Source of the DNA: Candidatus Omnitrophota bacterium | GTDB lineage: Bacteria; Omnitrophota; Gorgyraeia; B26-G9 | Direction: 5' to 3' | Length of the DNA: 64,000 bases | NCBI GenBank assembly: GCA_018813905.1 | Contig: JAHJAO010000031.1 | Location: forward strand, 5,922 to 69,921 | Shown here: positions 27,906 through 38,780 of the stretch, piece by piece | Layout: every line of letters begins with the position of its first letter | Numbering within the stretch: position 1 is the first letter of the stretch | The notes under the pieces: model-generated | What the model saw: the letters and a program-made list of their open reading frames with translations, nothing else | Told to the model about the DNA's origin: nothing | Databases searched by the model: none | Translations under genes and position numbers: made by a program

Positions 27906-27979
27906 TGGAGCGGGCGAAGGGAATCGAACCCTCATATTCAGCTTGGGAAGCTGATGTTCTGCCACTGAACTACGCCCGC
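27906..27979 (-). tRNA. tRNA-Gly (anticodon CCC)
   Basis: The reverse complement folds as a canonical cloverleaf: GCGGGCG acceptor, anticodon loop TTCCCAA, T-loop TTCGATT, encoded CCA. Confidence 0.85.
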
Positions 27980-28070
27980 AACGTAAATTGTAAATTATAG
28001 ATCCCTCAAAAAGTTACCCAAGGGGAAATTTTTGAGCTGGTGTCCCCGCGGGGACATGCCCGCAACGGGA

Positions 28071-29378
28071 TTACGCTTGTTTAAAACTTTTTTCGTTTAG
28101 TTTAATGGAACAAAACCGGCCGCACATTGTACAAACATCCTTAAGCTTAGGTAGCGATTTAGCTCGTTCTTTTAAAGCTTTTTCCGGATCTAAAGATAAA
28201 GAGCTTTGTTTTTTCCAGTCTCTTTTTAGCCGGGCATTGGTCATCATCGCGTCTTTTTTCCAGGCGCAATTATTCCCCCGGGCCAGATCCGCGCTGTGTG
28301 CGGCAATGCGGCTTGAAATGACACCTAATTTTATATCTTCTAAATCCGGCAGTTTCAAATGCTCGGCCGGCGTAACAAAACATAAAAAATCAGCGCCGTA
28401 AGCGGCGGCAACCGCTGAGCCGATCGCCGCTGCGATATGGTCGTATCCTAAAGCACTATCCGTAACCAGTGGCCCTAAAACATAAAAGGGCGCGTTATGA
28501 CAATATTTTTTTTCAAGTTCGATGTTGCGTTTGATTTCGTTTAACGGGATGTGCCCGGGCCCTTCGATCATCACCTGCACCCCGGATCTTTTTGCGTTTT
28601 GGGCGAGTTTGCCTAACAGTTTCAATTCGTTTAATTGCGGGGCATCCGTCGCGTCTAAAATCGACCCTGGCCTGAGTGCGTCGCCAAGGCTCAAGGTTAC
28701 ATCATAGCGTTTGGCGATTTTTAAGATTTCGTCAAAATGTGTATAAAAAATGTTGTCCGATTTGTTTTGCTTCATCCAAGCGGCGATAATCGCTCCCCCG
28801 CGGCTAACAATCCCTAATTTGCGCGGAGCCCGCTCCAACAATTGCATCGATTTTTTAGTAATGCCGCAGTGGATGGTGAAAAAATCCACACCGTTTTTTG
28901 CCTGCTGCTCTATCACCGACAGGATATCATCTTTTGTCATGCGCAGAAAAGTGCCGTATTTTTTTTCCGCACATATTGCGGTCTCGTATATCGGTACGGT
29001 TCCGATCGGGACCGTAGAGTGTTTTAGAATCAACTTCTGGATTGCTTGCAAGTCCCCTCCGGTGCTTAAATCCATTACCGTATCCGTGCCAAACCGCAGA
29101 GCGACTTTTAGCTTTTTTAATTCGTTTTTTATGTTTGATTGTTCGGGCGAAGTGCCGATATTGGCGTTAATTTTTACCCTTAAATTTTTTCCGATAACGC
29201 AGGGATTTTTTACCTTATGCCGGGGGTTGGCGGGAATAACGGCTTTTCCTTGCGCTATTAAGCGGACAAGTGTCCGGGGCGGTATTTTTTCCTGCCGGGC
29301 AAGTTTAGTTATAACGGAAGGGCATTTGCCTTTCCGGGTTAATTCTAATAGTGTTTTCATCGAATTCCCCGTTGACAA
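28071..29378 (-). CDS. thiC: Phosphomethylpyrimidine synthase
   Basis: Conserved ThiC core and the C-terminal CTMCGRFCS Fe-S motif. Confidence 0.9.
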   Translation of the reverse strand: MSTGNSMKTLLELTRKGKCPSVITKLARQEKIPPRTLVRLIAQGKAVIPANPRHKVKNPCVIGKNLRVKINANIGTSPEQSNIKNELKKLKVALRFGTDTVMDLSTGGDLQAIQKLILKHSTVPIGTVPIYETAICAEKKYGTFLRMTKDDILSVIEQQAKNGVDFFTIHCGITKKSMQLLERAPRKLGIVSRGGAIIAAWMKQNKSDNIFYTHFDEILKIAKRYDVTLSLGDALRPGSILDATDAPQLNELKLLGKLAQNAKRSGVQVMIEGPGHIPLNEIKRNIELEKKYCHNAPFYVLGPLVTDSALGYDHIAAAIGSAVAAAYGADFLCFVTPAEHLKLPDLEDIKLGVISSRIAAHSADLARGNNCAWKKDAMMTNARLKRDWKKQSSLSLDPEKALKERAKSLPKLKDVCTMCGRFCSIKLNEKSFKQA

Positions 29379-29382
29379 ATTT

Positions 29383-29820
29383 TTAATGTGAAATCTTTTT
29401 TGCCGCTGCTTTTTCTATGGTATACAGCTTGTATCTTAGTTTTTTTAAAAATTTTGCTGCTTTTATATCGTAAAGTTTAAAAAATTCTTCAAGGCATCTC
29501 GTCGATTCTTTGGCTCTTTGGAAATTTGCGAAAAAAATATCGCTGTAATCATTTCTTTTTACTTCGCTTATTATATCTGTCTTGCCGACGTCGGTTTTGA
29601 CGGACCGGGCGGCAATACTTGCGTTTTTTTTGTAAATCCCGCTGCTTTTCGCAGCTTCAGTTATCCCGTGCCGGATATCTTTTATGCGGTAGGTTAAGCT
29701 TTTATCGTCCAAAATGAAGCGAGCGATATCTTCAATAACCCTTAAAGCTTCCTTGGCCCGGTTAAGATTAGCGTCAAGTAGCCTTAGTATCTGTTTTTGC
29801 GCTACGATATTTTTTGACAA
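29383..29820 (-). CDS. Hypothetical protein co-transcribed with thiC
   Basis: Helical 145-aa ORF lying 4 nt upstream of thiC. No family was confidently recognised. Confidence 0.4.
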   Translation of the reverse strand: MSKNIVAQKQILRLLDANLNRAKEALRVIEDIARFILDDKSLTYRIKDIRHGITEAAKSSGIYKKNASIAARSVKTDVGKTDIISEVKRNDYSDIFFANFQRAKESTRCLEEFFKLYDIKAAKFLKKLRYKLYTIEKAAAKKISH

Positions 29821-30292
29821 TTGTCCCGATCAATTTTGTAGAGGAATAACGGCCTACTACTTTTATCCGGATAATTTTACCGCCGTACTGTTTTGCGATT
29901 TTTGCTCCGACGATATCTTTTACTTTCCAATCGGCACCTTTAGCCAAGACGTCCGGTTTTAATTGCTTAATAAGCGTCAGCGGCGTCGGCGTATCGAATA
30001 TTACGACGTAATCTACACTCTCAAGTGCGGCGATAATTGCCGCGCGGTCTTTTTGGCAGATTATCGGGCGCTTTAACCCCTTAATACCTTTGAGTGATTT
30101 GTCGCTGTTTATGCCCACAATCAGAATGTCGCCTTTATCTTTTGCCGCTTCCAGATATTTCACATGGCCGTAATGCAGGAGGTCAAAACAGCCGTTCGTG
30201 AATACGACTATTTTTTTATTTTTCTTAAAGCTTTTTCTTATGGTCGTAAGCTGGCGCAAATGTTTAATTTTGTCTTTTATCATATCAGGCAC
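29774..30292 (-). CDS. D-glycero-beta-D-manno-heptose 1-phosphate adenylyltransferase (RfaE domain II / cytidylyltransferase-like)
   Basis: VVFTNGCFDLLHYGHVKYLEAAK... with a C-terminal GGKIIRIKVVGRYSSTKLI segment. Confidence 0.8.
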   Translation of the reverse strand: MPDMIKDKIKHLRQLTTIRKSFKKNKKIVVFTNGCFDLLHYGHVKYLEAAKDKGDILIVGINSDKSLKGIKGLKRPIICQKDRAAIIAALESVDYVVIFDTPTPLTLIKQLKPDVLAKGADWKVKDIVGAKIAKQYGGKIIRIKVVGRYSSTKLIGTIVKKYRSAKTDTKAT

Positions 30293-30854
30293 TTAACGCT
30301 TCTTCTACAAGTTCGCAGATAATATGGGCAACCGTGATATGCGCTTCCTGAATGCGGGCTGTATCGGCTGATGGGACTATAACGCAAATATCGCAAAGGG
30401 GTTTTAGCTCTTTGCCTTTTTCCCCGGTAAACCCGACGCAGTAAAGACCGCGTTCACGCGACTTTTTTAAGGCGCGAATCACGTTTTTCGCGCTCCCGCT
30501 TGTGGAAATTCCTATCGCGATGTCCCCTTTCTTACCCCAGGCTTCAATCTGCCGTTCGAAAATTAGATCGTAACTATAGTCGTTTGCCAGAGCGCTAATG
30601 ATGGAAGTGTTTGTGGTAAGCGCCAGAGCCGGCAGTGCCGGACGTTCTTTTTTGAACCGGCCGACAAGCTCCGCGGCAATATGCTGGCTGTCCGCAGCAC
30701 TGCCGCCGTTACCGAAAATTAAAACTTTATTGCCCTGTTTATAGGCGGCAATAATCAGTTGCGCTGTTTTTTCTATGTCCTGCGCGCAATCACGAGCCAC
30801 GGACTTTATCAGCGCGGTATTTTGTTCCAAAAGCGTACGAATTTTTTCCTGCAT
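30285..30854 (-). CDS. gmhA: Phosphoheptose isomerase (SIS domain)
   Basis: FGNGGSAADSQHIAAEL and GISTSG motifs. Confidence 0.85.
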   Translation of the reverse strand: MQEKIRTLLEQNTALIKSVARDCAQDIEKTAQLIIAAYKQGNKVLIFGNGGSAADSQHIAAELVGRFKKERPALPALALTTNTSIISALANDYSYDLIFERQIEAWGKKGDIAIGISTSGSAKNVIRALKKSRERGLYCVGFTGEKGKELKPLCDICVIVPSADTARIQEAHITVAHIICELVEEALSA

Positions 30855-30882
30855 ATGGAAAGTAACCTTTCTGGACAGGCCC

Positions 30883-31458
30883 CTATCTCAAAAACGGTAT
30901 TTCATCTTTTTTGGATTTACCTGTTTCTTTTTGAGCGATTTTTACAACATGCACGTTTACCAATATTGGTTTTTCGATTCCCGACAGCAACTCTTGCACC
31001 TGGCCTTTGATAATGTTTTGGATTTTTTCCGTAATCTCCGGAATGCTCGAGGTCGCCCAGAGGACAACCCGGCTTTCGATTTCAATTCCTTTGCGGCTAA
31101 CAATGACTTCCGAACGCAATTCCTTTACATCGGGCAAATGTTGAGTTAGCCGCCGGATAAAATCCTCGATCGCGCCTAAAGATACAAGAACCTGGCCGGA
31201 GCCGGTGGCATAACCGATAGTTTTCTCGGCCTGAAATTTATTATAGGATATGCCGGCAAGCGAAAGGCTTACCAGAATCAAGAGTACCCCGCTTAAAAAC
31301 ACCACCCAATGCAGGTTCGAATAGCCGAGTACATGGTTGAAAATAAGCGATAAGTCATAAATTCCGGCCAGATGCAAAGCGATGAAAATAAGGCAAGCAC
31401 CAATCAACGAAAAAATAAGCGTGTAAAAAAATACTATGATTTTGTTAAAAATGCGCAT
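30883..31458 (-). CDS. Alkaline shock response membrane anchor protein AmaP-like
   Basis: Two N-terminal TM helices. The gene sits directly downstream of an Asp23 family gene, the conserved asp23-amaP arrangement. Confidence 0.55.
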   Translation of the reverse strand: MRIFNKIIVFFYTLIFSLIGACLIFIALHLAGIYDLSLIFNHVLGYSNLHWVVFLSGVLLILVSLSLAGISYNKFQAEKTIGYATGSGQVLVSLGAIEDFIRRLTQHLPDVKELRSEVIVSRKGIEIESRVVLWATSSIPEITEKIQNIIKGQVQELLSGIEKPILVNVHVVKIAQKETGKSKKDEIPFLR

Positions 31459-31473
31459 ATTCTCCCCCTTTGT

Positions 31474-31839
31474 TTAAAATTGATGGTTTTCTGATTGTAT
31501 ATCGGCTACATTAATATTAACTTCGGAAACGCTCAGACCCGTCATTTCTTCAATAGCAGTTCTGATTTTTTCCTGCACTAAATTTGCCGCGTCCGGTATC
31601 ATAACCCCGTATTTTACGATTATAGTAACGCCGACTTTGACTTCGTTTTCTGAAATATCCAGGGTTATGCCTTTGTGATGATAACCTTTTCTTAAAACAT
31701 CAAAGACCGCGCTTATCGGGCCGCTTTTTATGCCGACTACACCGTCGACCTGCAGCGCAGCATTTTTAGCAATGGAAGCAATTACCTCATTATTGATTTT
31801 AAGGATGCCAAGGTCATTCTTTTTTTCCTTATTTGTCAC
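31474..31839 (-). CDS. Asp23/Gls24 family envelope stress protein
   Basis: IASIAKNAALQVDGVVG is typical of the Asp23 family. Confidence 0.8.
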   Translation of the reverse strand: MTNKEKKNDLGILKINNEVIASIAKNAALQVDGVVGIKSGPISAVFDVLRKGYHHKGITLDISENEVKVGVTIIVKYGVMIPDAANLVQEKIRTAIEEMTGLSVSEVNINVADIQSENHQF

Positions 31840-31851
31840 CTTTCCCCCTTT

Positions 31852-33201
31852 TTAACTCTTTTTCTCTAAAATATTTTCTACAAAATCAGTAAAATAAATT
31901 CCCCGCGCGAATTCGTTGTTGTTTACTACCTTTTTGTGAAAAGGGATGGTTGTTTTTATCGGGCTGATGATAAATTCGTCGAGCGCTCTTTGCATGATTT
32001 TTATCGCCTCAATCCGGTCTTTGCCGTGTACAATTAATTTGGCGATCAAAGAATCGTAATATGGCGGTATGATATAGCCGCTGTAGACGTGAGAATCTAC
32101 GCGTACTCCGCGCCCGGCGGGAATGTGCAGATGCTCGATTTTGCCTGGGCAGGGCCGGAAGTCGTTTTCCGGATCTTCCGCGTTAATCCGGCATTCAATT
32201 GCCGCACCCTGCAGCTTTACTGCGTCCTGGGAATATTTTAGTTTTTTCCCGGCAGCGATGCGGATTTGTTCCTTTATCAGGTCAATTCCGGTGACCATCT
32301 CCGTGATTGTATGTTCGACCTGGATGCGCGTATTCATTTCCATAAAGTAAAATGATCCGTCGGTATCCACTAAGAATTCAATGGTGCCGGCGTTGACGTA
32401 ATTAGCTGCTTTGGCGGCCCGGATTGCGGTTTCCGCGAGCTTTTTCCTTAATTTTGGGTCTAAAGAGGGAGATGGTGTTTCTTCAATTAATTTCTGGTGC
32501 CTTCTTTGAATCGTGCAGTCCCGTTCTCCCAGCTGCAGGATGTGATTGTGTTTGTCCGCTAAAATTTGAACCTCAACATGCCTGGGTTTTTCAAAATACC
32601 TTTCCAGATACACGCTGGAACTGCCAAAATTGGCTTCCGCTTCCGCCTGCGCTGTAATTATTGAGCTTACTAATCGCACGTCGTTGTGTGCGATTCTCAT
32701 GCCCCGGCCGCCGCCGCCACTGGCTGCTTTCACAATAACCGGATAGCGGATTTTTTTCGCAATTTTTATTGCCTCATCCTTGTCCGTTACCACGTCTTTT
32801 GAGCCGGGAATTACCGGAATGCCGGCTTTGCGCATCGTGTCTTTAGCCACCATTTTGTCTCCCATAAGCCGGATATTCTCAGAGGTGGGGCCGATAAAAG
32901 TAATATGACAGGATTCGCAGATTTCCGCGAAGTGCGCGTTTTCCGCTAAGAAGCCGTATCCGGGATGAATGGCTTCGACGTCCGTGATTTCCGCCGCGCT
33001 CATTATGGAGGCGATATTAAGATAGCTTGTTGCGCTGGGGCCCGGTCCGATGCAGACGGCTTCGTCGGCAAACTGTACGTGAAGAGAATCGGCGTCGGCT
33101 TCGGAATACACCGCTACCGTGCGGATATCCATTTCTTTACAAGTCCGGATAATCCGCAACGCAATCTCTCCGCGATTGGCAATCAGAATTTTTGAAAACA
33201 T
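31852..33201 (-). CDS. accC: Acetyl-CoA carboxylase biotin carboxylase subunit
   Basis: ATP-grasp domain and biotin carboxylase motifs throughout. Confidence 0.95.
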   Translation of the reverse strand: MFSKILIANRGEIALRIIRTCKEMDIRTVAVYSEADADSLHVQFADEAVCIGPGPSATSYLNIASIMSAAEITDVEAIHPGYGFLAENAHFAEICESCHITFIGPTSENIRLMGDKMVAKDTMRKAGIPVIPGSKDVVTDKDEAIKIAKKIRYPVIVKAASGGGGRGMRIAHNDVRLVSSIITAQAEAEANFGSSSVYLERYFEKPRHVEVQILADKHNHILQLGERDCTIQRRHQKLIEETPSPSLDPKLRKKLAETAIRAAKAANYVNAGTIEFLVDTDGSFYFMEMNTRIQVEHTITEMVTGIDLIKEQIRIAAGKKLKYSQDAVKLQGAAIECRINAEDPENDFRPCPGKIEHLHIPAGRGVRVDSHVYSGYIIPPYYDSLIAKLIVHGKDRIEAIKIMQRALDEFIISPIKTTIPFHKKVVNNNEFARGIYFTDFVENILEKKS

Positions 33202-33209
33202 AGGTTTTT

Positions 33210-33689
33210 TTAAACCGGCTCGATTTTGAATAACACCTGGCCGAATTCGACTGGATCGCCGTTATTAACCAGAATTTCTTTAACCGTTCCTTTTACTTCT
33301 GATTTTATTTCATTCATCAGCTTCATCGCCTCAATAATGCAAATTACCTGCCCGATTTCTATTTCCGTTGCGACTTCGACAAAAGATGATGCTTCCGGTG
33401 ATGGGGCGCGGTAAAAGGTACCGACCATAGGCGATTTTATTTCAACCAGATTCGACTTGCCGGCCGCAGCCGAAACTGATGTTGGTTCGTTAAACTGCTC
33501 AACTGGTGTGGCATATTCAAGACCGTTGGCTTGTGCTTTTAATCTTTCAATTACAATGTTAGGAGATTCTGAGCCAGGCAGCGTTCCCCGTTTAATCCGG
33601 ATTTTCAGGCCTTCACGCTCCAGCTCCAATTCCGTGAGATTATTTTCATTCATCAAATTAATCATCTCTTTAACCTCTTTTATGTTCAT
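33210..33689 (-). CDS. accB: Acetyl-CoA carboxylase biotin carboxyl carrier protein
   Basis: Biotinyl-lysine motif [10 protein letters not shown]. Confidence 0.9.
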   Translation of the reverse strand: MNIKEVKEMINLMNENNLTELELEREGLKIRIKRGTLPGSESPNIVIERLKAQANGLEYATPVEQFNEPTSVSAAAGKSNLVEIKSPMVGTFYRAPSPEASSFVEVATEIEIGQVICIIEAMKLMNEIKSEVKGTVKEILVNNGDPVEFGQVLFKIEPV

Positions 33690-33710
33690 GTGAAACTCCT
33701 TATGAAATTA

Positions 33711-34277
33711 TTAAGTTCTTGTCACCCTTTCCACATATTCTCCGGTCCGGGTATCAAGTTTTATTATATCATTTTCGGTTATGAATAAAGGAACCTGAAT
33801 TGCCGCTCCGGTTTCCAGTGTTGCCGGTTTATACGCGGACCGGGCCGTATCGCCGCGGATGCCTGGTTCGGTATGGGTTATTTTTAGCTCTAGAAATATG
33901 GGAAGAACTATTTCGATAAGTTCATTTTTATAGAAGATAACCGTTACTTCAATATTATCTTTCAGAAATTTACTTATATCGGATAATTTGTCTGCTTCGA
34001 TTATTAATTCTTCAAAAGTCTGCTGGTCAAGGAAATGGTACATATCGCCTGCACGGTAAAGGTACTGCACTTTTTTTTCTTCGATATACGCCTCTTGAAA
34101 GCGCTCTTCTACGCGGAAGGTTTTTTCGATGATGCGCTTTGTGCGCAGATTTTTCAGTTTTGTCCTTGTAAAAGCGCCGCCTTTACCGGGCTTGACTGGT
34201 TGGTAGTTGACAATGACGTATATCGCTCCCTCTAGTTCTAGAGTCAGCCCGATTTTAAACTCGTTCGCAGTGATCAT
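33711..34277 (-). CDS. efp: Elongation factor P
   Basis: KPGKGGAFTRTKLKNL near the N-terminus. Typical length of 188 aa. Confidence 0.9.
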   Translation of the reverse strand: MITANEFKIGLTLELEGAIYVIVNYQPVKPGKGGAFTRTKLKNLRTKRIIEKTFRVEERFQEAYIEEKKVQYLYRAGDMYHFLDQQTFEELIIEADKLSDISKFLKDNIEVTVIFYKNELIEIVLPIFLELKITHTEPGIRGDTARSAYKPATLETGAAIQVPLFITENDIIKLDTRTGEYVERVTRT

Positions 34278-35323
34278 TTTGAAAGAATTTTATAGCCTGT
34301 TTTTGTTACCAGCACCATATCCTCGATTCTCACTCCCCCGGAACCGGGGATATATATGCCGGGTTCAATCGTAACTACCATTGCCTGCATTAACTTCCGA
34401 TTATTTTTTTTAGATATAATTGGTGTTTCGTGAACTTCCAGGCCAACGCCGTGGCCTAAGGCATGACCAAAATATTGCTCAAGACCTTTAGCTTTTAAAA
34501 CCTGACGTGCCGTCCGCTCCAGTAATGCGATTGGCGCATGAGGCTTAATCTTTTTAATGGCGCTAAGTTGCGCGTATCTTAGGATGTTATAATATGTAAT
34601 GTATTGGGTAATTTTACCCGAAAAGAATGTTCTTGTCAAGTCGCATTTATAACCGGAATAATCAACTCCCGCGTCTATAATTACAGGTTCGTTGGGTTTT
34701 ATCGCGCGTTGCGTGGTTTTGGCGTGCGGCATCGCGGCGTTCGGTCCGGAAGCAACTATCGGATCAAAGGCAAGCCCATGCGCGCCGCCCGCTTTTAAAA
34801 ACATTTCCAGTTTGTTTTTTAAAAATAGTTCCGTAACTTTAGGCTTTACAAATGGTTTTAATAATTCGAATGCGCGTTTGGTAATGGCCAGCGCCTTTTG
34901 GATCAGGATTATCTCCTCCGGGCTTTTAATTTGTCTTTGTCTTTCCAGAACGTCTTTTATGCCGAGAAGCCGGATGTTTTTTCCTAATCTGTTTTTTATC
35001 CGGGAAAAGGCATACACGCTTACTTTGTCTGGTTCAAAACATATCGACTTTATCCTGTTTTTGACCGCCAGATTTAAAAGTGTTGCGTTTAAAGACTCTT
35101 TTATCCGGATAATTTCGAAATTCGAGTCTATCTCCCGCTTTGCCTGCAGCATAAACCGGAAATCGCCCAGGAAAAATTGACTTGACCGGGTAATTATGAG
35201 CCAAGAGTCCGTTCCGGTAAAGCCGCTTAAATATCGAATGTTCGCTCCCGGGCTTACCAGAAAGGCGTCGATGCCTTTCTGTCTTAAAAAATGCCTTACT
35301 TTGTTAACCTTTAGATTTTTCAT
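34274..35323 (-). CDS. pepP: Xaa-Pro aminopeptidase / M24 family peptidase
   Basis: HGLGHGVGLEVHE metal-binding motif. Confidence 0.85.
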   Translation of the reverse strand: MKNLKVNKVRHFLRQKGIDAFLVSPGANIRYLSGFTGTDSWLIITRSSQFFLGDFRFMLQAKREIDSNFEIIRIKESLNATLLNLAVKNRIKSICFEPDKVSVYAFSRIKNRLGKNIRLLGIKDVLERQRQIKSPEEIILIQKALAITKRAFELLKPFVKPKVTELFLKNKLEMFLKAGGAHGLAFDPIVASGPNAAMPHAKTTQRAIKPNEPVIIDAGVDYSGYKCDLTRTFFSGKITQYITYYNILRYAQLSAIKKIKPHAPIALLERTARQVLKAKGLEQYFGHALGHGVGLEVHETPIISKKNNRKLMQAMVVTIEPGIYIPGSGGVRIEDMVLVTKTGYKILSK

Positions 35324-35334
35324 TATTTAATCGC

Positions 35335-35769
35335 TTAATCGAGCAATTTTAACGCTGCTTCCAGAGCTAAAATGTAACTGTACTCGCCAAAACCGGAAAT
35401 TTGGCCCTTACTGACCGGAGCGATGAGAGAGGTATGGCGAAAGTCTTCACGGGAATAGATATTAGACAGGTGGACTTCAATAGTCGCAATTCCGGAAGCG
35501 CTGATCGCATCCCTTATGGCTACGCTTGTATGCGTATAGGCGGCGGGGTTTATAATGATCACGTTAAAATTATTGTGGGCTTTACCGATGATATCGACGA
35601 TTTCTCCTTCGTGATTGGATTGAATTATTTCCAGTTTAACATTTTTTGATTTTGCCCGGATTTTCATTTTTTTGTTTATGTTTTCCAAAGTCACTTTGCC
35701 GTAAACTGAGGGTTCCCGTTCACCTAAAAGATTAAGGTTTGGGCCGTGGATAACTAAGATTTTTTTCAT
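35335..35769 (-). CDS. aroQ: Type II 3-dehydroquinate dehydratase
   Basis: [20 protein letters not shown] and a conserved [10 protein letters not shown] segment. Confidence 0.9.
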   Translation of the reverse strand: MKKILVIHGPNLNLLGEREPSVYGKVTLENINKKMKIRAKSKNVKLEIIQSNHEGEIVDIIGKAHNNFNVIIINPAAYTHTSVAIRDAISASGIATIEVHLSNIYSREDFRHTSLIAPVSKGQISGFGEYSYILALEAALKLLD

Positions 35770-35787
35770 GTTAACCTCCTCACCGGT

Positions 35788-37710
35788 TTACCTTGTTCCT
35801 TTTATATAAAATTTTTTAAGCTCTTCCGCAAGTTTCCATTCATTTTTTGCCGGAATATCTTTGCCCATTATATCATAAAGTATAGCTAATTGCTCATGGT
35901 AATAGGGGTTGGCCGGGTACAGCTGGGAGGCTTTTTTTATTTCTTCCAGCCCCATTTTATAATAATCGTTGCTTTTTTGTTGAAGCAGAAATACTCCCAG
36001 CCGAAAATGATAATAAGGTACAAATGGGTCAAGGCGGATTGCCTGTTTGTAGCGGGAAATAGCTTTTTGGCTGTTAAGAGGTTTATGGTCAGGATTGCCG
36101 GTTAAAGTCTGCTTTTCCGCTACGACCGCCTGTAAAAACCGGTAATGGGCGTTAAACGGATTGAACAGGACAGCTTTCTCCAATTTCTGATTTGCCCGGC
36201 CCAGATTACCCGCTAAAAAATCAGTTCTGGCCTTAAAGGACAAGTGATGGCTGATGACCGTAGCGCAATTATATAGGAAGATTGCCGAAATCAAAAAAGA
36301 TACTAAAACAGCGGCAACCTTTCTGGAAATATTACCTAAAATAAATTCTTTTCTTATCCGGCTGCCTTCCGGCTGATTGGCCAAAAATAAAGCGGCTAAA
36401 ATTGTAAAAGCGATCATAGCGTTCTGATTTATGTACAGGCTGAAATCAACAAGGTTATGGATAAAAAAACAGACCAGAGCGCAATAAAGACCGATATTGA
36501 CCATACGCTGCGGGTCGGCTTTATTTTTAACAAGCGTATTGCCGGTTTTAAATATGACAAATAAGATGCTGATAAAACTTAAAAAAGCAAATAACCCGCA
36601 TTCCGCCCAAATTTGGAGGAAGCTGTTGTGTGCCATCTTTGTTTCTTCCCCCGTCTTTGTCTTAAAATAAGGATAAACGCTGGCATAGGTGCCCGGGCCA
36701 AAACCAAAAAGCGGCCGCGACTTAATCATCCCCCATGTGGCCTTTGAATATTCGCCCCTTACGGAAAATGAAGCTTGAAAGCTGGCAAGATTAGGCATGT
36801 CCATGGTGCGGCTAAAAGAGATGATTTTAAAAAAGGCAAAGGCGGTCATTAGAATTAATAAAAAAATAAAAACCATCTTCCCCCTTTTTAGGCCTAAAAA
36901 CCCAAACAGTAAAAGCGAAATACTTATAGATACCCAGGCGCCTTTTGATTTGGTAAGCATAATCGCAAAAATAAAAGCAAGCAATGCAAAAATATAAATT
37001 GCGCATTTAAATTTATCCTGAGAAGCCGATTTCAGACTTGTTTTTAACGCGGCAAATCTGCCCAGAATGATTAAAAATAGCATGCCCAAATATCCCGCCA
37101 GCGCCGGCGGATAAAGAAAAGTGGAGAAAATCGTATTGGCATTCAAGCGCCGCAGGAAATCTCTGGAGTTTATAATGGTTTGGGGGTTTTCGTTTGCGAA
37201 CAGACGCATTTGATTAAAACCTATAAAATATTGGTATAGACCGTAAAGGAGCACGGCAACCGATGCGAACATTAACGTATTCAAAAGGAGTCTTCTAATC
37301 TCGGATGTGTTGGAATACAAATTCACGATTGTCCAGGACCAGAGGAAAAGGGATAAAAAGTAGATCAATGTCTCGATACTTACCTGCTTATTAACGGAAT
37401 ACAAAACGCCGGCCGCTAAAAATGTTAAAAACACAAAAAAACTTTTATCGAAATTCGTATAGATAATCGGTTCTTTGTCGCGGCCCAGCTTATGTATTAT
37501 AAGCAAGAAAGCGGTTAATAGGACGGCATTTTCAAAATAGATGTGCAAAAATGTCAGCGTAGCTTCACTGACAAGCGGCCGAAAAAAAAGCAGACAAAGC
37601 ATCGCCAAAGTAGTAACCTTCAAAAACGGCGCGGATATATTTAACCGCCGCCAGCTGAGCCAAACTGAAACTGCTGTGATGAGAAAAAACGCGATAGTTA
37701 ATCGTAACAT
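35788..37710 (-). CDS. O-antigen ligase (Wzy_C) family membrane protein with C-terminal TPR repeats; candidate pilin/protein O-oligosaccharyltransferase (PglL/TfpO-like)
   Basis: About 12 TM helices and a Wzy_C-like loop region. C-terminal TPR-like repeats (AISRYKQAIRLDP...). The gene is adjacent to the pilus genes. Confidence 0.6.
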   Translation of the reverse strand: MLRLTIAFFLITAVSVWLSWRRLNISAPFLKVTTLAMLCLLFFRPLVSEATLTFLHIYFENAVLLTAFLLIIHKLGRDKEPIIYTNFDKSFFVFLTFLAAGVLYSVNKQVSIETLIYFLSLFLWSWTIVNLYSNTSEIRRLLLNTLMFASVAVLLYGLYQYFIGFNQMRLFANENPQTIINSRDFLRRLNANTIFSTFLYPPALAGYLGMLFLIILGRFAALKTSLKSASQDKFKCAIYIFALLAFIFAIMLTKSKGAWVSISISLLLFGFLGLKRGKMVFIFLLILMTAFAFFKIISFSRTMDMPNLASFQASFSVRGEYSKATWGMIKSRPLFGFGPGTYASVYPYFKTKTGEETKMAHNSFLQIWAECGLFAFLSFISILFVIFKTGNTLVKNKADPQRMVNIGLYCALVCFFIHNLVDFSLYINQNAMIAFTILAALFLANQPEGSRIRKEFILGNISRKVAAVLVSFLISAIFLYNCATVISHHLSFKARTDFLAGNLGRANQKLEKAVLFNPFNAHYRFLQAVVAEKQTLTGNPDHKPLNSQKAISRYKQAIRLDPFVPYYHFRLGVFLLQQKSNDYYKMGLEEIKKASQLYPANPYYHEQLAILYDIMGKDIPAKNEWKLAEELKKFYIKGTR

Positions 37711-38780
37711 TTATTTGCCTTTTCTAAGAGCGCAATTAACAGGAGAATGCATACAGTTTCAAGCAGGACAATAAGGCATCCTGCTCCGTCAAGATTTAAG
37801 AGCAGGAGTGCGCCAAGCCCGATTGCGAAATTTAAAAGATAAATAAATAGTATAGAACTAGTGTTGCTCATGCCCATTTTAACCAACCGGTGCGAAAGGT
37901 GATTTTTATCCGCCTTGAATATGGAAACTTTCTTTTTTAGCCGCACATATATTACGCTGAATGTATCAAATATCGGGACTGCCATTATAACTAGCGGCAT
38001 GATTACGGGCCAGGGTGTCGGGTTTTTATTTGTGTAGTAGGTATTGACGATAGTAAGCAGGCTTAAAATAAAACCGATAAAGAGACTCCCGCCGTCCCCC
38101 ATGAAAATTTTGGCTGGCGGGAAATTATACTTTAAGAAACCAAGTAGAACTCCGCAAAAACAGGCCAAAATAGAAGCCACAAATAGCTGTCCGCTGCTTG
38201 CGGCGATGATAAAAAATATTAATGAAGAAATAAGGGCAACGCCGCAGCTTAAACCGTCCATGTTATCCAGCAGATTAAAGGCGTTGGTGATACCGATGAT
38301 CCAGCATACGGTTAGTACGGCGTTAACCAGTGGGTTTTGGATAAACAGGCTGACGCGTATCCCGGAGTAAAACATAAGCAGAGCCACCAGGATTTCAATA
38401 GAAAGTTTTAATCTCGCCGAAAGCTTTTTAAAATCATCGATAACGCCCATTATGAATATGGCCAGCGCCGCAAGAAAGATCATGGCAAGTTGAGGCAAGG
38501 CGGTTTTAAGTCCTTGGCTGTGGATTATAAAATCCCGCCCGAGAAATCCCGCCCGGATCGCCGAGAAATACAGGATAATGCCGATACCGATCGCAAGAAA
38601 GAAAGAAAGAAAGATTCCGGCCCCGCCTAAAAGCGGTGTTGATTTTACGTGAATTTTTCTCGCGTTATCCGGCTGGTCAAGAACTTTAAACCGTACAGCA
38701 TAATACAGCGCCAGACGCACGCAGACGAGCGATAGGAGAAAAGAAATGAGAAAAATAAACAAATAAGCTATATACCACAT
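37698..38780 (-). CDS. Glycosyltransferase family 4 polyprenyl-phosphate sugar-1-phosphate transferase (WecA/MraY-like)
   Basis: ITNAFNLLDNMDGL and VFMGDGGS motifs. Confidence 0.8.
   Translation of the reverse strand: MWYIAYLFIFLISFLLSLVCVRLALYYAVRFKVLDQPDNARKIHVKSTPLLGGAGIFLSFFLAIGIGIILYFSAIRAGFLGRDFIIHSQGLKTALPQLAMIFLAALAIFIMGVIDDFKKLSARLKLSIEILVALLMFYSGIRVSLFIQNPLVNAVLTVCWIIGITNAFNLLDNMDGLSCGVALISSLIFFIIAASSGQLFVASILACFCGVLLGFLKYNFPPAKIFMGDGGSLFIGFILSLLTIVNTYYTNKNPTPWPVIMPLVIMAVPIFDTFSVIYVRLKKKVSIFKADKNHLSHRLVKMGMSNTSSILFIYLLNFAIGLGALLLLNLDGAGCLIVLLETVCILLLIALLEKANKCYD

Noticed and set aside
28071-29830. TPP (THI-box) riboswitch expected upstream of thiC
   Set aside because: There is no intergenic leader: the upstream ORF ends 4 nt before thiC, and its own start overlaps the next gene. 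No CTGAGA THI core was seen on the minus strand by eye. This is recorded as a finding, not a feature.
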